DNA of 64,000 nt from Pavona decussata (taxonomy: Eukaryota): NCBI GenBank assembly GCA_977016875.1, contig CDRNST010000046.1, forward strand, positions 930,001 to 994,000. The letters run 5' to 3'. This document shows, one piece after another, positions 40,054 through 51,385 of this stretch. Position 1 is the first letter of the stretch; every line of letters begins with the position of its first letter. The notes beneath the pieces were generated by a model. It was not told the DNA's origin and did no database searches. It saw only the letters and a list, made by a program, of their open reading frames with translations. Made by a program: the position numbers and the translations under genes.

Positions 40054-40381
40054 ATGAGTGACGCAAAGGAATCTGATCACGAGAACCAAGAAGAGGAATC
40101 CAGTGATTCCCAAAACCTACACCACAGAGTCCCTAAATGTGCTCGCTGTCGCACCCATGGTACAGTATCATGGCTTAAAGGCCACAAGCACTACTGCCGC
40201 TGGAGAGACTGTACATGCGCAAAGTGCCAACTGATAACCGAGAGGCAGCGCGTGACAGCCGCACGTGTTGCGTTACTCAGACAACAGCGCAAGGGAGCTG
40301 AGTTGAGAGCTAAATATCAAAGGGAATTGGAAAACGCCAGACTGACTTACTCTATGGTGTTTCAAACCAACGGATTAGCAG
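40054..40381 (+). CDS. Dmrt: DMRT (doublesex/mab-3 related) transcription factor, coding exon 1 of 3 (DM domain); full CDS join(40054..40381,40846..40947,41423..42213), 406 aa
   Basis: Encodes [53 protein letters not shown], an intertwined CCHC/HCCC DM zinc module plus recognition helix. Acceptor ttttttcag at 40041-40049 precedes the ATG at 40054, implying a non-coding upstream exon (possible donor at 39898). Donor GCAG|gtaaaa after 40381, phase 1. Confidence 0.95.
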
Positions 40382-40845
40382 GTAAAACGTCCTTTTGTAT
40401 CTCTTGGAAAACGAAATTAAATAAACATGGTGCGTTTTTGTCACTCCAACATCAGCTATGTTGGCAACATCTACTCCTAAGGTTTCAACGCTTGTCCTTA
40501 CAATCTGCTCCTTCCTATCATGTATGGAAGATCGGCTCGCTCAAAAGGCTTAGAGATGAAATGGCATTTGAAAAGATAATTGAAAAGCACTTATCATCTA
40601 CCAGGTGCAAGGAGCACATCTTTTAAGAATGACAGGCTGTGGTTCAAACCTGGCCATTTTTCTTGTGTTGTGTTCTAAACGCTGAGCAGCTGAAAACAAA
40701 ATGGTATTGAACACCACCGATAAACCTTCAATGGACAAGCATCAGTCCCGTTTGGGGGAGAGGTGGGAGCTCGTAGGGACATACCAACCAAGGAAACACT
40801 AACAATTCAAGTTGAACGTCAATAGAATGTTATTTCTATTTTCAG

Positions 40846-40947
40846 GATTTCCAAGCAATCACCGGCACCATTTCTATCCACATCCGGCCGCTCATACAAA
40901 CATAAGCCGACTAGAACCAAGGATAACTGAAGTTTTACCAGAACCTG
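40846..40947 (+). CDS. Dmrt: DMRT coding exon 2 (His/Pro-rich linker)
   Basis: Acceptor ttctattttcag|, donor CCTG|gtaag. 102 nt, phase 1 to phase 1, open frame GFPSNHRHHFYPHPAAHTNISRLEPRITEVLPEP. Confidence 0.85.
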
Positions 40948-41167
40948 GTAAGCACTACGTGTCTTATTTCCGGAATATGGGAATATCATATTATCAGAGT
41001 CGACATGTTAATGCGCGAAAAACCCTCCAAATAGCTGCTCGATTTCTACAGTTACACCGGAACAGTATTCCTTGAATAAGTCTTAACAGGTGGCGTAACT
41101 TGATATTGCGTTACGGATGCTCTTGAGAAAATTGCCCCTTTGGATGACCAATTTGAATTAACCAAAA

Positions 41168-41212
41168 ACATGGCTTCGTTTAGATGTGAGTCGCATCTAA
41201 ACGAAGCCATGT
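41168..41212. other. Near-perfect 45-bp palindrome in DMRT intron 2
   Basis: acatggcttcgtttagatg-tgagtcg-catctaaacgaagccatgt, with 19-bp perfect arms. Confidence 0.92.
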
Positions 41213-41422
41213 AGTGACGTTCTTCGGCGGGAGTTGGTCTCCTGTCTAGATCTAACTTATCCAGAGGCCACAGAGGTTGTTCCTGATGTAACAGTTACGA
41301 AGAAGCAGGTCAATTAAGTAATGCAAATTTTAACGGATTAAGATCCCGCGAAAGTTTTATGCACTAAATTAAGTTTTATGCACTAATTTTTTAGCAATAA
41401 ATTTCATTGCTTTCTTTTGTAG

Positions 41423-42213
41423 AATCCCGGAAGAGAAGCAACTCACTCTCAGAAGAGGAAGAAGAAAACCCGAGCCCCAAGAGAACTGCGCTCTCCCCAG
41501 GCCTTCAAGTTAAAAGGGAGCCGCAAGAACCAGGAGTCGACGGACATAACAGAGCTCGTCATGTAAGCTCTCCTGAAACGAGAAAAACCCCGGAACAAGA
41601 CGGATTCAACGCAAGCAGCAAATATCTTTTGGAAAACTTCCATGACAGGTCGCACGAGTTTCGATATCCCAGGCTGTCGAGGGAGATAAGTGCTTTGTCC
41701 CTTAGGCATCCTCCAATGGAATTACTCAGCAAGCTCTTCCCGCATCACAACAAAAGCACGCTAGAGCTCATTCTGCAGAGTTTCCAAGGTAACGTCGTGG
41801 AAGCCATTGAAATGCTGTTGTCCTCCCAAGAGTCTAGAGGAAGCAACATTGCGGCTTTGGGAGGCTGCGGTTTGAACGCGGTTAATCACCCCTCTCCATT
41901 CCTTCATGGTCCGATGACTCGAAATGCCATCACAAGACCGTTGACCAGCCCTCATGCGTGTTCACCATCACGGATTTACCCTCCATCACCAATCCCACCG
42001 CCTTTGCTCGTGAAGCCAAAGCCAGAAATGGCGTTCAAGTATCCCCCCATACCACATGCTCCGTACAGCACAGAGTCGAGGTTGGGAGAGCGCGCTTGTG
42101 GACTAGCCGCCATGGCCCGTTTTTGTAGCAGATGTGGACACAAGATTAACATTTTTGACAAGTTTTGTGCCCACTGTGGAAAAGGTCTTAGTGAATCAAC
42201 TAATGGTCTTTAA
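41423..42213 (+). CDS. Dmrt: DMRT coding exon 3 (DMA domain and C-terminal zinc ribbon)
   Basis: Acceptor ttcttttgtag| in phase 1. Contains DMA-like PMELLSKLFPHHNKSTLELILQSFQGNVVEAIEMLL, a VKRE SUMO consensus and terminal FCSRCGHKINIFDKFCAHCG. TAA at 42211-42213, AATAAA at 42250. Confidence 0.92.
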
Positions 42214-45200
42214 TAAGCAACTTCAATCAGCAAATCGAAATTCCATAACAATAAAAATGCAGCAGTACATCATGTAACTAGTTTGCGATAATATTGATTA
42301 CTTACGTCGATAACGCCCATACATTCTTAGTAGGAAGGAAGCACTTTTATATTATTACGCTCCTGTAAAGATTGTCAGTTGGAATTTCAAAGTTTGACTG
42401 TTGGCAGAGTATTTTTGGTTAACATTTTAACGATACGAAAAAAAAGATTTTCCAAGAACTCTGCAATTATATGACTGAATGAAGTAAGTTTTTTGTAAAG
42501 CGCAAACGCAGTCTTTGTAGACACTTCTTCTTACGCTACGACACCTTGGCACAGGCGCCTGCGCAGTGAAGGAGCTTGTTTCAATTGACTAGGAGTGATT
42601 CGAGTCTAATTTCCCTTAAAAACAGCTAGAGACGTATAATAGTGTGTGCTAAACTCTCACAGTCTTTTGAAAGCAGTTTATAGGTGTTCTAGCTTTAAAC
42701 TTTCACCTGATTTTTCTTCTCATTTACGAAATGATAGAGAAAAAGTGTTTCTGGATTCAAAGGTGAGCTAATTGTCGGTAATGAAATTGTAGCTTGGCCA
42801 GGGAAAACGAAAAATGCATGGCGAGAAAAGACATAACAACTGCTTTATCAAAGTGGGCATAGAAACATAACAACATAATTTACAATGTGTGCAAATAAAT
42901 AGCTAGCTGACCTGTTAAATGATTATGTATGAAGGAGACTTATTTAGTAAAGGATCAGCGCGAGATCCTGAAAAAGATAAGTTAAAAGAATCCAAATCAA
43001 ACTGTCTCAAACCAAACAAGCCGAACAAAAGAACAATTGTGTACGTACTCAGCTTATTACAATAACAACTAATGATTTATAGAAACTATTTCACGAAGAA
43101 TTAACAAAATAAAATCAAAATTATACGACATTTGTCACGTAGTCTGGTCAACTAATGAACTCTTTCTTACAATATGAACATAGATAGGTTTACGGGACCA
43201 TTTGTACCTAGAAGGGGCGTGCCCTAAAAAGTTGTGTACTGCCCAAAGTTATCATAAGAGAGTATTTCTTAATTTCCGGCGTTCGAGAGAATTTTTTTCG
43301 AAGTTATTAATTTTCCCCCAGGAGTACCCTAGTTGCCACATTTTTTCCTTTCATTTGGAAGAGGGAAGCGAAGCCACGGAAACGAAGCACGACTGCATTT
43401 CAATGCTGTTGCTCATTCTTTTTTTTTTTTTTTTAACTTTTGTCAGCCTATGAATACTTGTGATTGTCTAATTTAGGATACATCTACACGTGCAAACTAT
43501 GTAGTCAAGGTTTACGTAACAACCCAAGACCATCATGATTTGCAAAATATTTCAATAACATAATTTGGAGGAAATTTCTATCCAATCGAATCAGCTGACT
43601 TAAGCTATGGCTAGATTATTATGTCCATTGTTCTACTCACCGGTATTCCAAGCAATGATGCAATGATGTATCATTTTCATCTTTTGTAGTGACTTCTATT
43701 CACCATTAAAATTTTAATTTCTTTGAAGCAGATAGTTATTGGCTTGGCTCACCGAGCAGGTAAACCTTTTGGGACCATCACTGAGAAAGAGAAAAAAAAA
43801 GACATTGACAAGCTTTAGAGTAATAAACTAAGAGCACAGATACAATCATAATAGTCGATGATAGATGCAAGGAAGTCATAGCATAGATTTCTTCAGTCCA
43901 TCTATAGCTGTGCACTAACACTTTTGACAGCATCGTTAATAAGATTTGACTAGTCTGCCTCTGTACAGACAACAGAAGTCACGGATCTGCTATAATCAGA
44001 CCAATTCAAAGTGTTCATGCACAGCTGGAGAGAAATAGCATCGATACCGCTGTGAAGGCGCAGCTGGTTAGTGTCTTCTGTAGCTCAGGGTGAATGGGTG
44101 AATGCAGGGCACCAAGACCATTGGGGCTGTAGGGCTTCATGATTTTACTCCAGGGCTCCATTTAACCAGAATCATCATTTTCGTCCGAGCTCCAAGTAAA
44201 AGAAACGAATCGGACTCCAGACTCCAAGACAAACATTTCAGGGTCCCAGAGCTCCAAAGACCTTCCCCCTACCCCAACCCCACTCCCCCCGCTTGTGAAA
44301 CTGTTAGCTACGGCAAAGGTCCATAGAGTATAGCCAAGTGAAAATTTGCCAAGTGTACATGGTGTAGCACACTTTTCTTGTCTACAACTATCAACACTAG
44401 CGGCTCAACTCGCTGGTCTCTATTCTTAGCAAAGGTCAAACATAATATTACCACATTGCAAACAGGACACTAACGTAAAGAAAGCGTGCGTGGTGGCACA
44501 CTTTCTTGTCGACAAATATCGACACTAAATTAAGGCGCAGCTCGTTGGTCTCTCTATACTTGGGCTAAGGTCGAACATAACAACTCTAAACCTAAAGTGT
44601 GCATGGTTGCACGTTTTTTCTCGTCTGAACTCCTCCTATTATAAACTGACAACGTCTACAGGGGAGAAAGTTACGAAACAATATCTTGCCAAACGGAAAT
44701 TGCTCACAAAAACAATTTTACAATTTCGGTACATCAAGACAAATAGTCCGTGTTTATTTCAAGTAGGCGCCTCTGAGTCACAAGATTTACGCCTTTACTA
44801 GAATCAGCAGCACAAATATGTAAAACAAACGAACGAAAACAAGTAGCACACGGATTATTGAGAACTACACATCTGCGCTTAATACATGCAGTACTTGAGG
44901 CTTGCTTGAGAGCTTGCTGTTGCTATTCAATGGAATCAAATAGACCCAACTAAACCTACTGACAAATGCTAGCCAATTCATAATAGATTCCAGGAGAAAA
45001 TACAAATACCTTCAACTGCATATTAAGCTAGGGAGTAAATTTGTTTTTTGTTTTCTTTTTTAAGTGTGAAGGGAATTTGGTGTTATTTCAAAAACTCTAA
45101 AACGTTTTTATTTTTATTTTTTTTTTATTTTTATGATGACAAACCTAAAAGTATTGCTCATATTTGTTCTAGATTATCACCCCGTGTACTAAGAATATCG

Positions 45201-46582
45201 ATGAGTGTCTCTGGCCACAGATGTACTGGGTTAGAATGGACTGCAACTTGAAAAAAGTTAGCCGGGCTAACTGTTTTCAAGTTCTCGTGTTTTCGTTCCC
45301 AAAATACACTAGAGCAGGTCATGAGTTCCTCCGTTCAAGAATTCAGTTGATTTCTTTTTGTTGATGCTCTAGAATTATTTTGTAACTAAGTGAAGGTGTT
45401 GTCGCATTAGTTTCACGATAAAAGGTCAAAATCCCAGTGATACTCCCACCCCCTTTAAGTAGCAACTAGTTGCAGTTAAATGTGTTCTCAACATTTAATT
45501 CACCCAAGCACAAATAGGATCATCAGCTAGCATCTTTAGTTTCCAAACAAATTCAACTGACTTTAAGCAGAAAAGCCGGACAAGACTGAATAAAGAAAGT
45601 CTGAGCTTCAGACACAAATGACCTCAAAAGTCAAGTGACATTGCCGGTTTGGTTCAATTCTGCTTATTCAGCGTAGGAAATAAGACATGGTATTTCCTGC
45701 CAGATGTTGATATCACTACAGCTTAGATTCTTGATCTTTGCCGTGACAGATGAAGGGGAAGGTCAGGGGTGAGGGGGGGGGGGGGTGCTCCTTCGACTTG
45801 AGGAATTTCGGTGGGTTGTGCCAAATACATGGAGTGGAATAGTTGAAAAGAAAGAACATCATTATGCTGGACGTCCTGGGCTGAACTTGCAAAGGGAAGT
45901 TGAAAATGGAGTGCAAGAACTCTTCTGGTACACGCCCCATGCGACACTCGGCGCCCAAGGGAGATGAAAGTAGCTTGTGTCGCGAACCGAGCCCAGAGTC
46001 CTATGATTGTGCTCGAACAGAATATGCGAGGCTGTTTTAAAATCCTATTGTAGACCTAAGTCATCCTTAAAAAGATGCAAGGCTATGTGCATACTAAACC
46101 GGAGAGCTTGTAGGTTGTATAGGCCTTTTGTTTGCATTTGTAAGATTCCAGCCAAAGGAAGACAGCAAGCCATACGAAATCTCTTAAGGATCTGCTTCGG
46201 CACAAAACCTTGCGGCAAAGTGTGCAAAACTATGGGCTGTTTTGGGCCACTTCTGTTCGCATTATATATCACAAACCAGACATACCCATATATTTCAGAA
46301 GAAGATCAGAATGTATAACCTTAGAAAAATACTCTGTGTACGCCAATATAGTTTATATTATTATAAAATAGCAGCGATCTCCAATCGGCCTACAAGGAAA
46401 TCAGGGTCGTAAACTAATGCAACATAAGACATACAGTGATATTTCCCGCCATAACATCACGTGACTACATACAGACGTTGTTCTTCATATATGGAGACAA
46501 TGCTTAAGTACTCAATTATTTGACGCGTGCATTTGACCACGAGTGGCCTTCTAGAGTGCATAAAGTGATTTGAAAAGCAGAA

Positions 46583-46651
46583 ATGAGCATTTTAGTTACA
46601 GCCATTAGATCGGGAAATTTAGAAGTGGTGAAGGAAAAATTTGCCAGACCG
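46583..46651 (+). CDS. MTPN: Myotrophin/V-1-like ankyrin repeat protein, exon 1 of 4; CDS join(46583..46651,46976..47089,49252..49335,50345..50437), 119 aa
   Basis: MSILVTAIRSGNLEVVKEKFARP followed by |gtgagt donor, phase 0. Aligns to the myotrophin N-terminus (FMWALKNGDLDEVK). Confidence 0.85.
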
Positions 46652-46975
46652 GTGAGTTTGCTGTGTTTAGAAAACGATTTTCGGATTTTAATTTCTTTAA
46701 CGTGATGTAGAGCGGAGAATAATTATGGCCGAGTTAAACGTCTCTACGTATCTCGGTATACTGGAAAGATATGTGCCTCAATGAAAATAAGAAATAATGT
46801 CACACACACGGTACAGTTAGGATATTTGGAAAAGTTTCGAAACGTTGCCGTTCTGTATTGTCTCAAGTGTGTTATAGGCGTTGGATGTTATAATCCCTAA
46901 TTACTCAGCTATGAGAATTTGAAATATTTCAAACTAGGCCGTGATAAGATTTTAAACTTTCTTTTCCTTTTCAAG

Positions 46976-47089
46976 GGAAGCCAGGTCAATACACCCATTC
47001 AAAATGGACGCAGTCCTCTTCACATTGCTGTTCAAGCAGGAAAGTTGGACGTTATGAAATACCTCGTATCTAAGGGAGCGGATGTAAAC
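46976..47089 (+). CDS. MTPN: Myotrophin-like exon 2 (ankyrin repeat)
   Basis: Acceptor ttccttttcaag|, donor |gtgagt, 114 nt. GSQVNTPIQNGRSPLHIAVQAGKLDVMKYLVSKGADVN is a canonical ankyrin repeat. Confidence 0.92.
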
Positions 47090-48668
47090 GTGAGTTGTTG
47101 ACTCGAGATGATTTGCAAAGCTTATAGATAGTTAACACAATAGTGAACACTTCAAGTTTTGTCTAACAACACGAGGCATTTTTCCTATCAAAGATCAATA
47201 AATGAACTGATTCGACGGTAATCGATAAGAAGCTATCCCACTGAGCAATTAGAACGATACATTGAAGTCAAGGAAAACACCAGTAGAAGTAGAAAAATAG
47301 AGCTGTTGTTCTCAAGCATACAACAATTAGTTTAACAACACGACTCCTGTAGACAAAATTTGCATTTCATTACACACGTTCGACCTTGAAGTGACCTTTC
47401 CCTGAAGCTTGTTATCAAAGCCAATTCCTCCGTTCAAATAGGCTATTATCGTGGTTATTTAACCACAACAAGAACTAAATTAAGATTTCTTGTTTGTATC
47501 AGTGATTGGAGCAAAGATATTCAATATAGATCCCTACTTATCATCGACGATCACCAATTAATTGCTTTGTTGACTGCATAATAAAAGACATCACGCGATA
47601 GTGAAATACCTAAATGTATTTACTGACGTATTTAAACCATATTAATACACCGTATCCAGTCGCTAATGGATAAATTCTTCATTACATTCCTCCAAGCACC
47701 GTCATCGAAGCTAACCTTTGTAAAAGTGTCAAACCAGCATTTTCTTGAAAATTCCTATGTTGTACAGTTCCTTATTAGGTATCAAGTTCCTTTTACCATT
47801 CGCTTCAATCATGCATAACACGTCTATTATAAACCATTAGTTCTACACCGCGGCCAGAATTTTTCGACATCGCAATATATTACTGGAGAGGTTTTTCATG
47901 AAATCGGATTGGCTCATTTTAGGCGATTATTTCTACACGAGCCACATAAATAACATACCCACATCAGCTGTCTTCCGTTTTACTAACAACCAAAGTACAT
48001 GACAGATGATATCATCGAATGCCTGCACTGAGGATAAGCTGTGACTTGTTGAATACCATAACTCAATGGAAACAAGGCTGATTTCCCATGGGCTATTTTA
48101 TAAAAGAAAAAAGAAAGACTAGAATTTTTCCTTGTGTTGTTCCATAGAATCAATGGATTCGTATACGAAAAAAGTAGAATATTTTCTTAACTAATACAAA
48201 TGAAAAGTAGCATGCGATAGTGCAACGTACATCGCCCAGAATTCTATTGTGTTTTGCGATATGTACTTGCAGTGCCAGATTTTGAAACTCGAGGCATAAC
48301 AATTTGCACGATCACAACTAGTCGGCTGTGATTGGTCAACAGCTTTGGGAAAACCTTAGTGGTTCAAGAGCAATGAGTCCCATGAATTAGTCCATGGAGC
48401 GGTCTCTTGTGGGGGCTGTCACCGTAGCATTGGCGTGACTCATCATTTCCTTGCAGTAGGAAGTATCGTTACTAATAACGAGACAAATACGGTCAATATA
48501 TTCACAACCTATCTCATAACAACCACCACCACCTTCTTTATTATCATCATCATCGTCATAGTGCTGCACCATCTCTCTCCGGGTTAATAACGGTGACGGT
48601 ATGCTTTCATTAAAAAACGGGCACCGACACCGTAAGAACGTCACAAGTTCTATCTATCCCTAGAGTTC

Positions 48669-49080
48669 CAGACAGACACCTTTATTTAGTCACAAAGTTC
48701 AGGGCAGTCCCTTCAGGAGCTTAAAAGCACGTGCACCCTGCTATCAATAGGAGCCCTGAGCACTAAATAAACTAATTACAATGTACGTATACTACAAAAA
48801 GTAAGAAAAACTATTTACAATATACCATAAAACTATATACAATGTGTTAATAAAAGTAATGAAGTATATAATAAGTTAATTTTAAAAAAAGCTTTTTAAA
48901 AAAAATTTTTAAAAACAAGTATACATCCATGATAGTTGAAGGATCTCTTCGACTTGGTGAATTCTGTTCTTACGGCAGGTAGATAAAACAGATCACGTTG
49001 TCTAGTTGCGCGCATGTGAATCTTGTTGCTAAAAGTAAACAACTTCAGGTGAATGGTGAACAAACCACGAGTATAAGCGC
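48669..49080 (-). mobile_element. 5'-truncated non-LTR retrotransposon (CR1/L2-like) 3' end, in myotrophin-like intron 2
   Basis: Frame FTFSNKIHMRATRQRDLFYLPAVRTEFTKSKRSFNYHG resembles the C-terminus of CR1/L2-group ORF2. It is followed by a 3' UTR, AATAAA and a short (TCTG)n tail. Confidence 0.7.
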
Positions 49081-49251
49081 CCAAACGGTATCATTAAAGA
49101 TGATATCGGACATCTGTAATCTTCTTAATGAACCAAGCTCTAGTACTCTTTAACCATTCCGCTCTTCAAACTTTGAATGTAAATTATCCTAACCTTTGCC
49201 TTAATTTAGTCAGAAGCTCAACTAACATCAAATCTTTTCCTTTCTGTACAG

Positions 49252-49335
49252 TTATCTGATGAAGATGACTGTTCGCCGCTCTACTATGCAGCACTGAATG
49301 AGAATGAACATGCCGTTCAATATCTGCTTCAGATG
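49252..49335 (+). CDS. MTPN: Myotrophin-like exon 3 (ankyrin repeat)
   Basis: Acceptor tttcctttctgtacag|, donor |gtaagt, 84 nt. LSDEDDCSPLYYAALNENEHAVQYLLQM. Confidence 0.88.
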
Positions 49336-50344
49336 GTAAGTGATGATATCACGTACCAAAGAAATAAATAATCATATAAGACCAGTGAGTAAAAAAAATG
49401 CAGCTGCACTTTACTGACCTAACACATTAAAATCGAAGAAAACCCAAATAATGGCGTTCTGAATGAGAAAGGGGGTGATCGGGTTCTCTGAAGCTAAATC
49501 TGATAAGTGTCTTTAGCTACACCCTGTGTCTTAGAAAAAATCGATTTAAACTGATTATGATTCCTTCTCATCCTTTTATCTTAGTGCACGAGGAAGGATG
49601 CTTAGTTTTACTTTCAGCAGAGATTTCGTAAAAATCCCCCTAAAGAAAGCTATTTAACTTCAATTATTTGAGCAATGTACCAAGGACTGACAATGCATCC
49701 ATTGCAGACAGCCAGGATGCTAACTGAGTTAAGAGAGATCATCAGCATCATCTCGCCACCTTTAGTAAACACTCCCAATAATTGACTATTAGCCATTATA
49801 AGGCCACCTTTAAGATTGTAAAACTAATAAAGTCGACCATCCTTATCCTAAATCAATTGCTTCTTTCAACAACTAACTGAACAAAATCGAACAAAATTCT
49901 CCAAAAACAAACAAACAAACCAAAAAAGATTCATCCAATGTGATAATTATGCGTTTTGCTTTGTGAATAAAACCTTCTTGTCGAGAGCAATTCAAAACCC
50001 ACTAACCCCCACCTCTTGATTTGTCTAATCTGCAGCTGTTCTGGACACTACGGTTTAACAGACGGTAACCAAAACGCTGTCCTGCCCTTGAACTATAAAA
50101 ACAGGCTTCATATGTTGACCCAGCTTATAAAGAAAGACTAACAAATAAGCTGGGGCAATATACTGTACATTTATCCAACATTTCGTCAAGCATGTCCTGA
50201 CTTCTTTAGAGAATAAACTTATTCCCTCCGCATGCATTTTCTAAATTTTGACGACTAGATCCACCAGTTTCCAGTACCTTTGCTTTGTCCGATTTTTCCT
50301 TGCATGGGTTTACAAAGTGTTCACTGGTATGTTGAACATTTTAG

Positions 50345-50437
50345 GGCGCAGACCCTGACGGCGAGGATCCAGACGGGAATAAAATAATGGACACAACTGG
50401 AAATGAGAAGATAAAAAACATGTTGAAGAACGCTTAA
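50345..50437 (+). CDS. MTPN: Myotrophin-like exon 4 (C-terminus)
   Basis: Acceptor cattttag|. GADPDGEDPDGNKIMDTTGNEKIKNMLKNA* aligns to the myotrophin tail [28 protein letters not shown]. Confidence 0.88.
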   Translation, partial: GADPDGEDPDGNKIMDTTGNEKIKNMLKNA

Positions 50438-50904
50438 ATATAGGTGAGATAAGCGTTTGTTTCATTGTACAAACGAACAAGAGCCTGACTCAATGCAATC
50501 CATAGGAGATGACTCCATCAGTTAAAGAGTATATCAAACCTTTCAGCTATCGTAGGTAATTTTTAATCCGTTTTCTCGCACGGAAAGGATTATGAAGCCA
50601 AACAGCTCCACAGCGACATCATGCAGCTCACCAGAAATCAATGGTCACTCATTACGACTTATGTAGAGACTCGAGAGTAAAGGCAAATTTTATGCTTTAG
50701 GATGTCATCATACACAAACGTTACCACCAACATAAACAGGGAAGTCATCCAGAAATTCTGGAGAAAGTCAAAAGCAAGTCAGAAAAGAGCAACACAACAA
50801 ACTTCCTGAAGTTCTGTTCAATACCCTTTAACTAAAAAGTCATATTTTGCGAATCCATCCACATTCTCAAGTTTAGGCATCACCTTGCAGATGGTCACCG
50901 GCGT

Positions 50905-51385
50905 TAGGATTTCATTCTCAGACTCAGAACCACCTTGTACAGCACAATAAACAGCACCACAGGAAAGTACTGCTCAGTAGCTTTCATTTGAATAGTCACA
51001 CTTTAGGGTTTCATCCATAGACTGAAAAGTTAGAACCACCTTTTACAGCATAATAAACATGCAGCACCACAGGAAAGTACTGCTCAGTAGCTTTCATTTG
51101 AATGGTCACACAGCCTACAGACTAAAAAGCTCCTTATACCGCAGAATGAACAGGACCGCAGGAAAGTATTGCTTAGAAGCTTTCATTTGAATGGGTTCAC
51201 TTTAGGATTTCATTCAAAGACAAAGACGTTAGAACCACCTTGTACAGTATAATAAACAGCACCACGAGGTACACTGCTTAGTATCTTTCATATGAGTGGT
51301 CACACTTCAGGAGTTCATCTACAGACTCAAAAGTAAGAACCAGCAAACGAAATAAAAATTACTACAGGAAAGTACTGCTTATTAG
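50905..51385 (-). repeat. 106-bp repeat array, reverse orientation
   Basis: About 4.5 units of caccacaggaaagtactgctcagtagctttcatttgaat. Confidence 0.9.

Noticed and set aside
41449-42161. Antisense ORFs over Dmrt exon 3 (and similar ORFs overlapping the Six exons)
   Set aside because: They are shadows of GC-rich coding sequence, with no recognisable domains or splice support.
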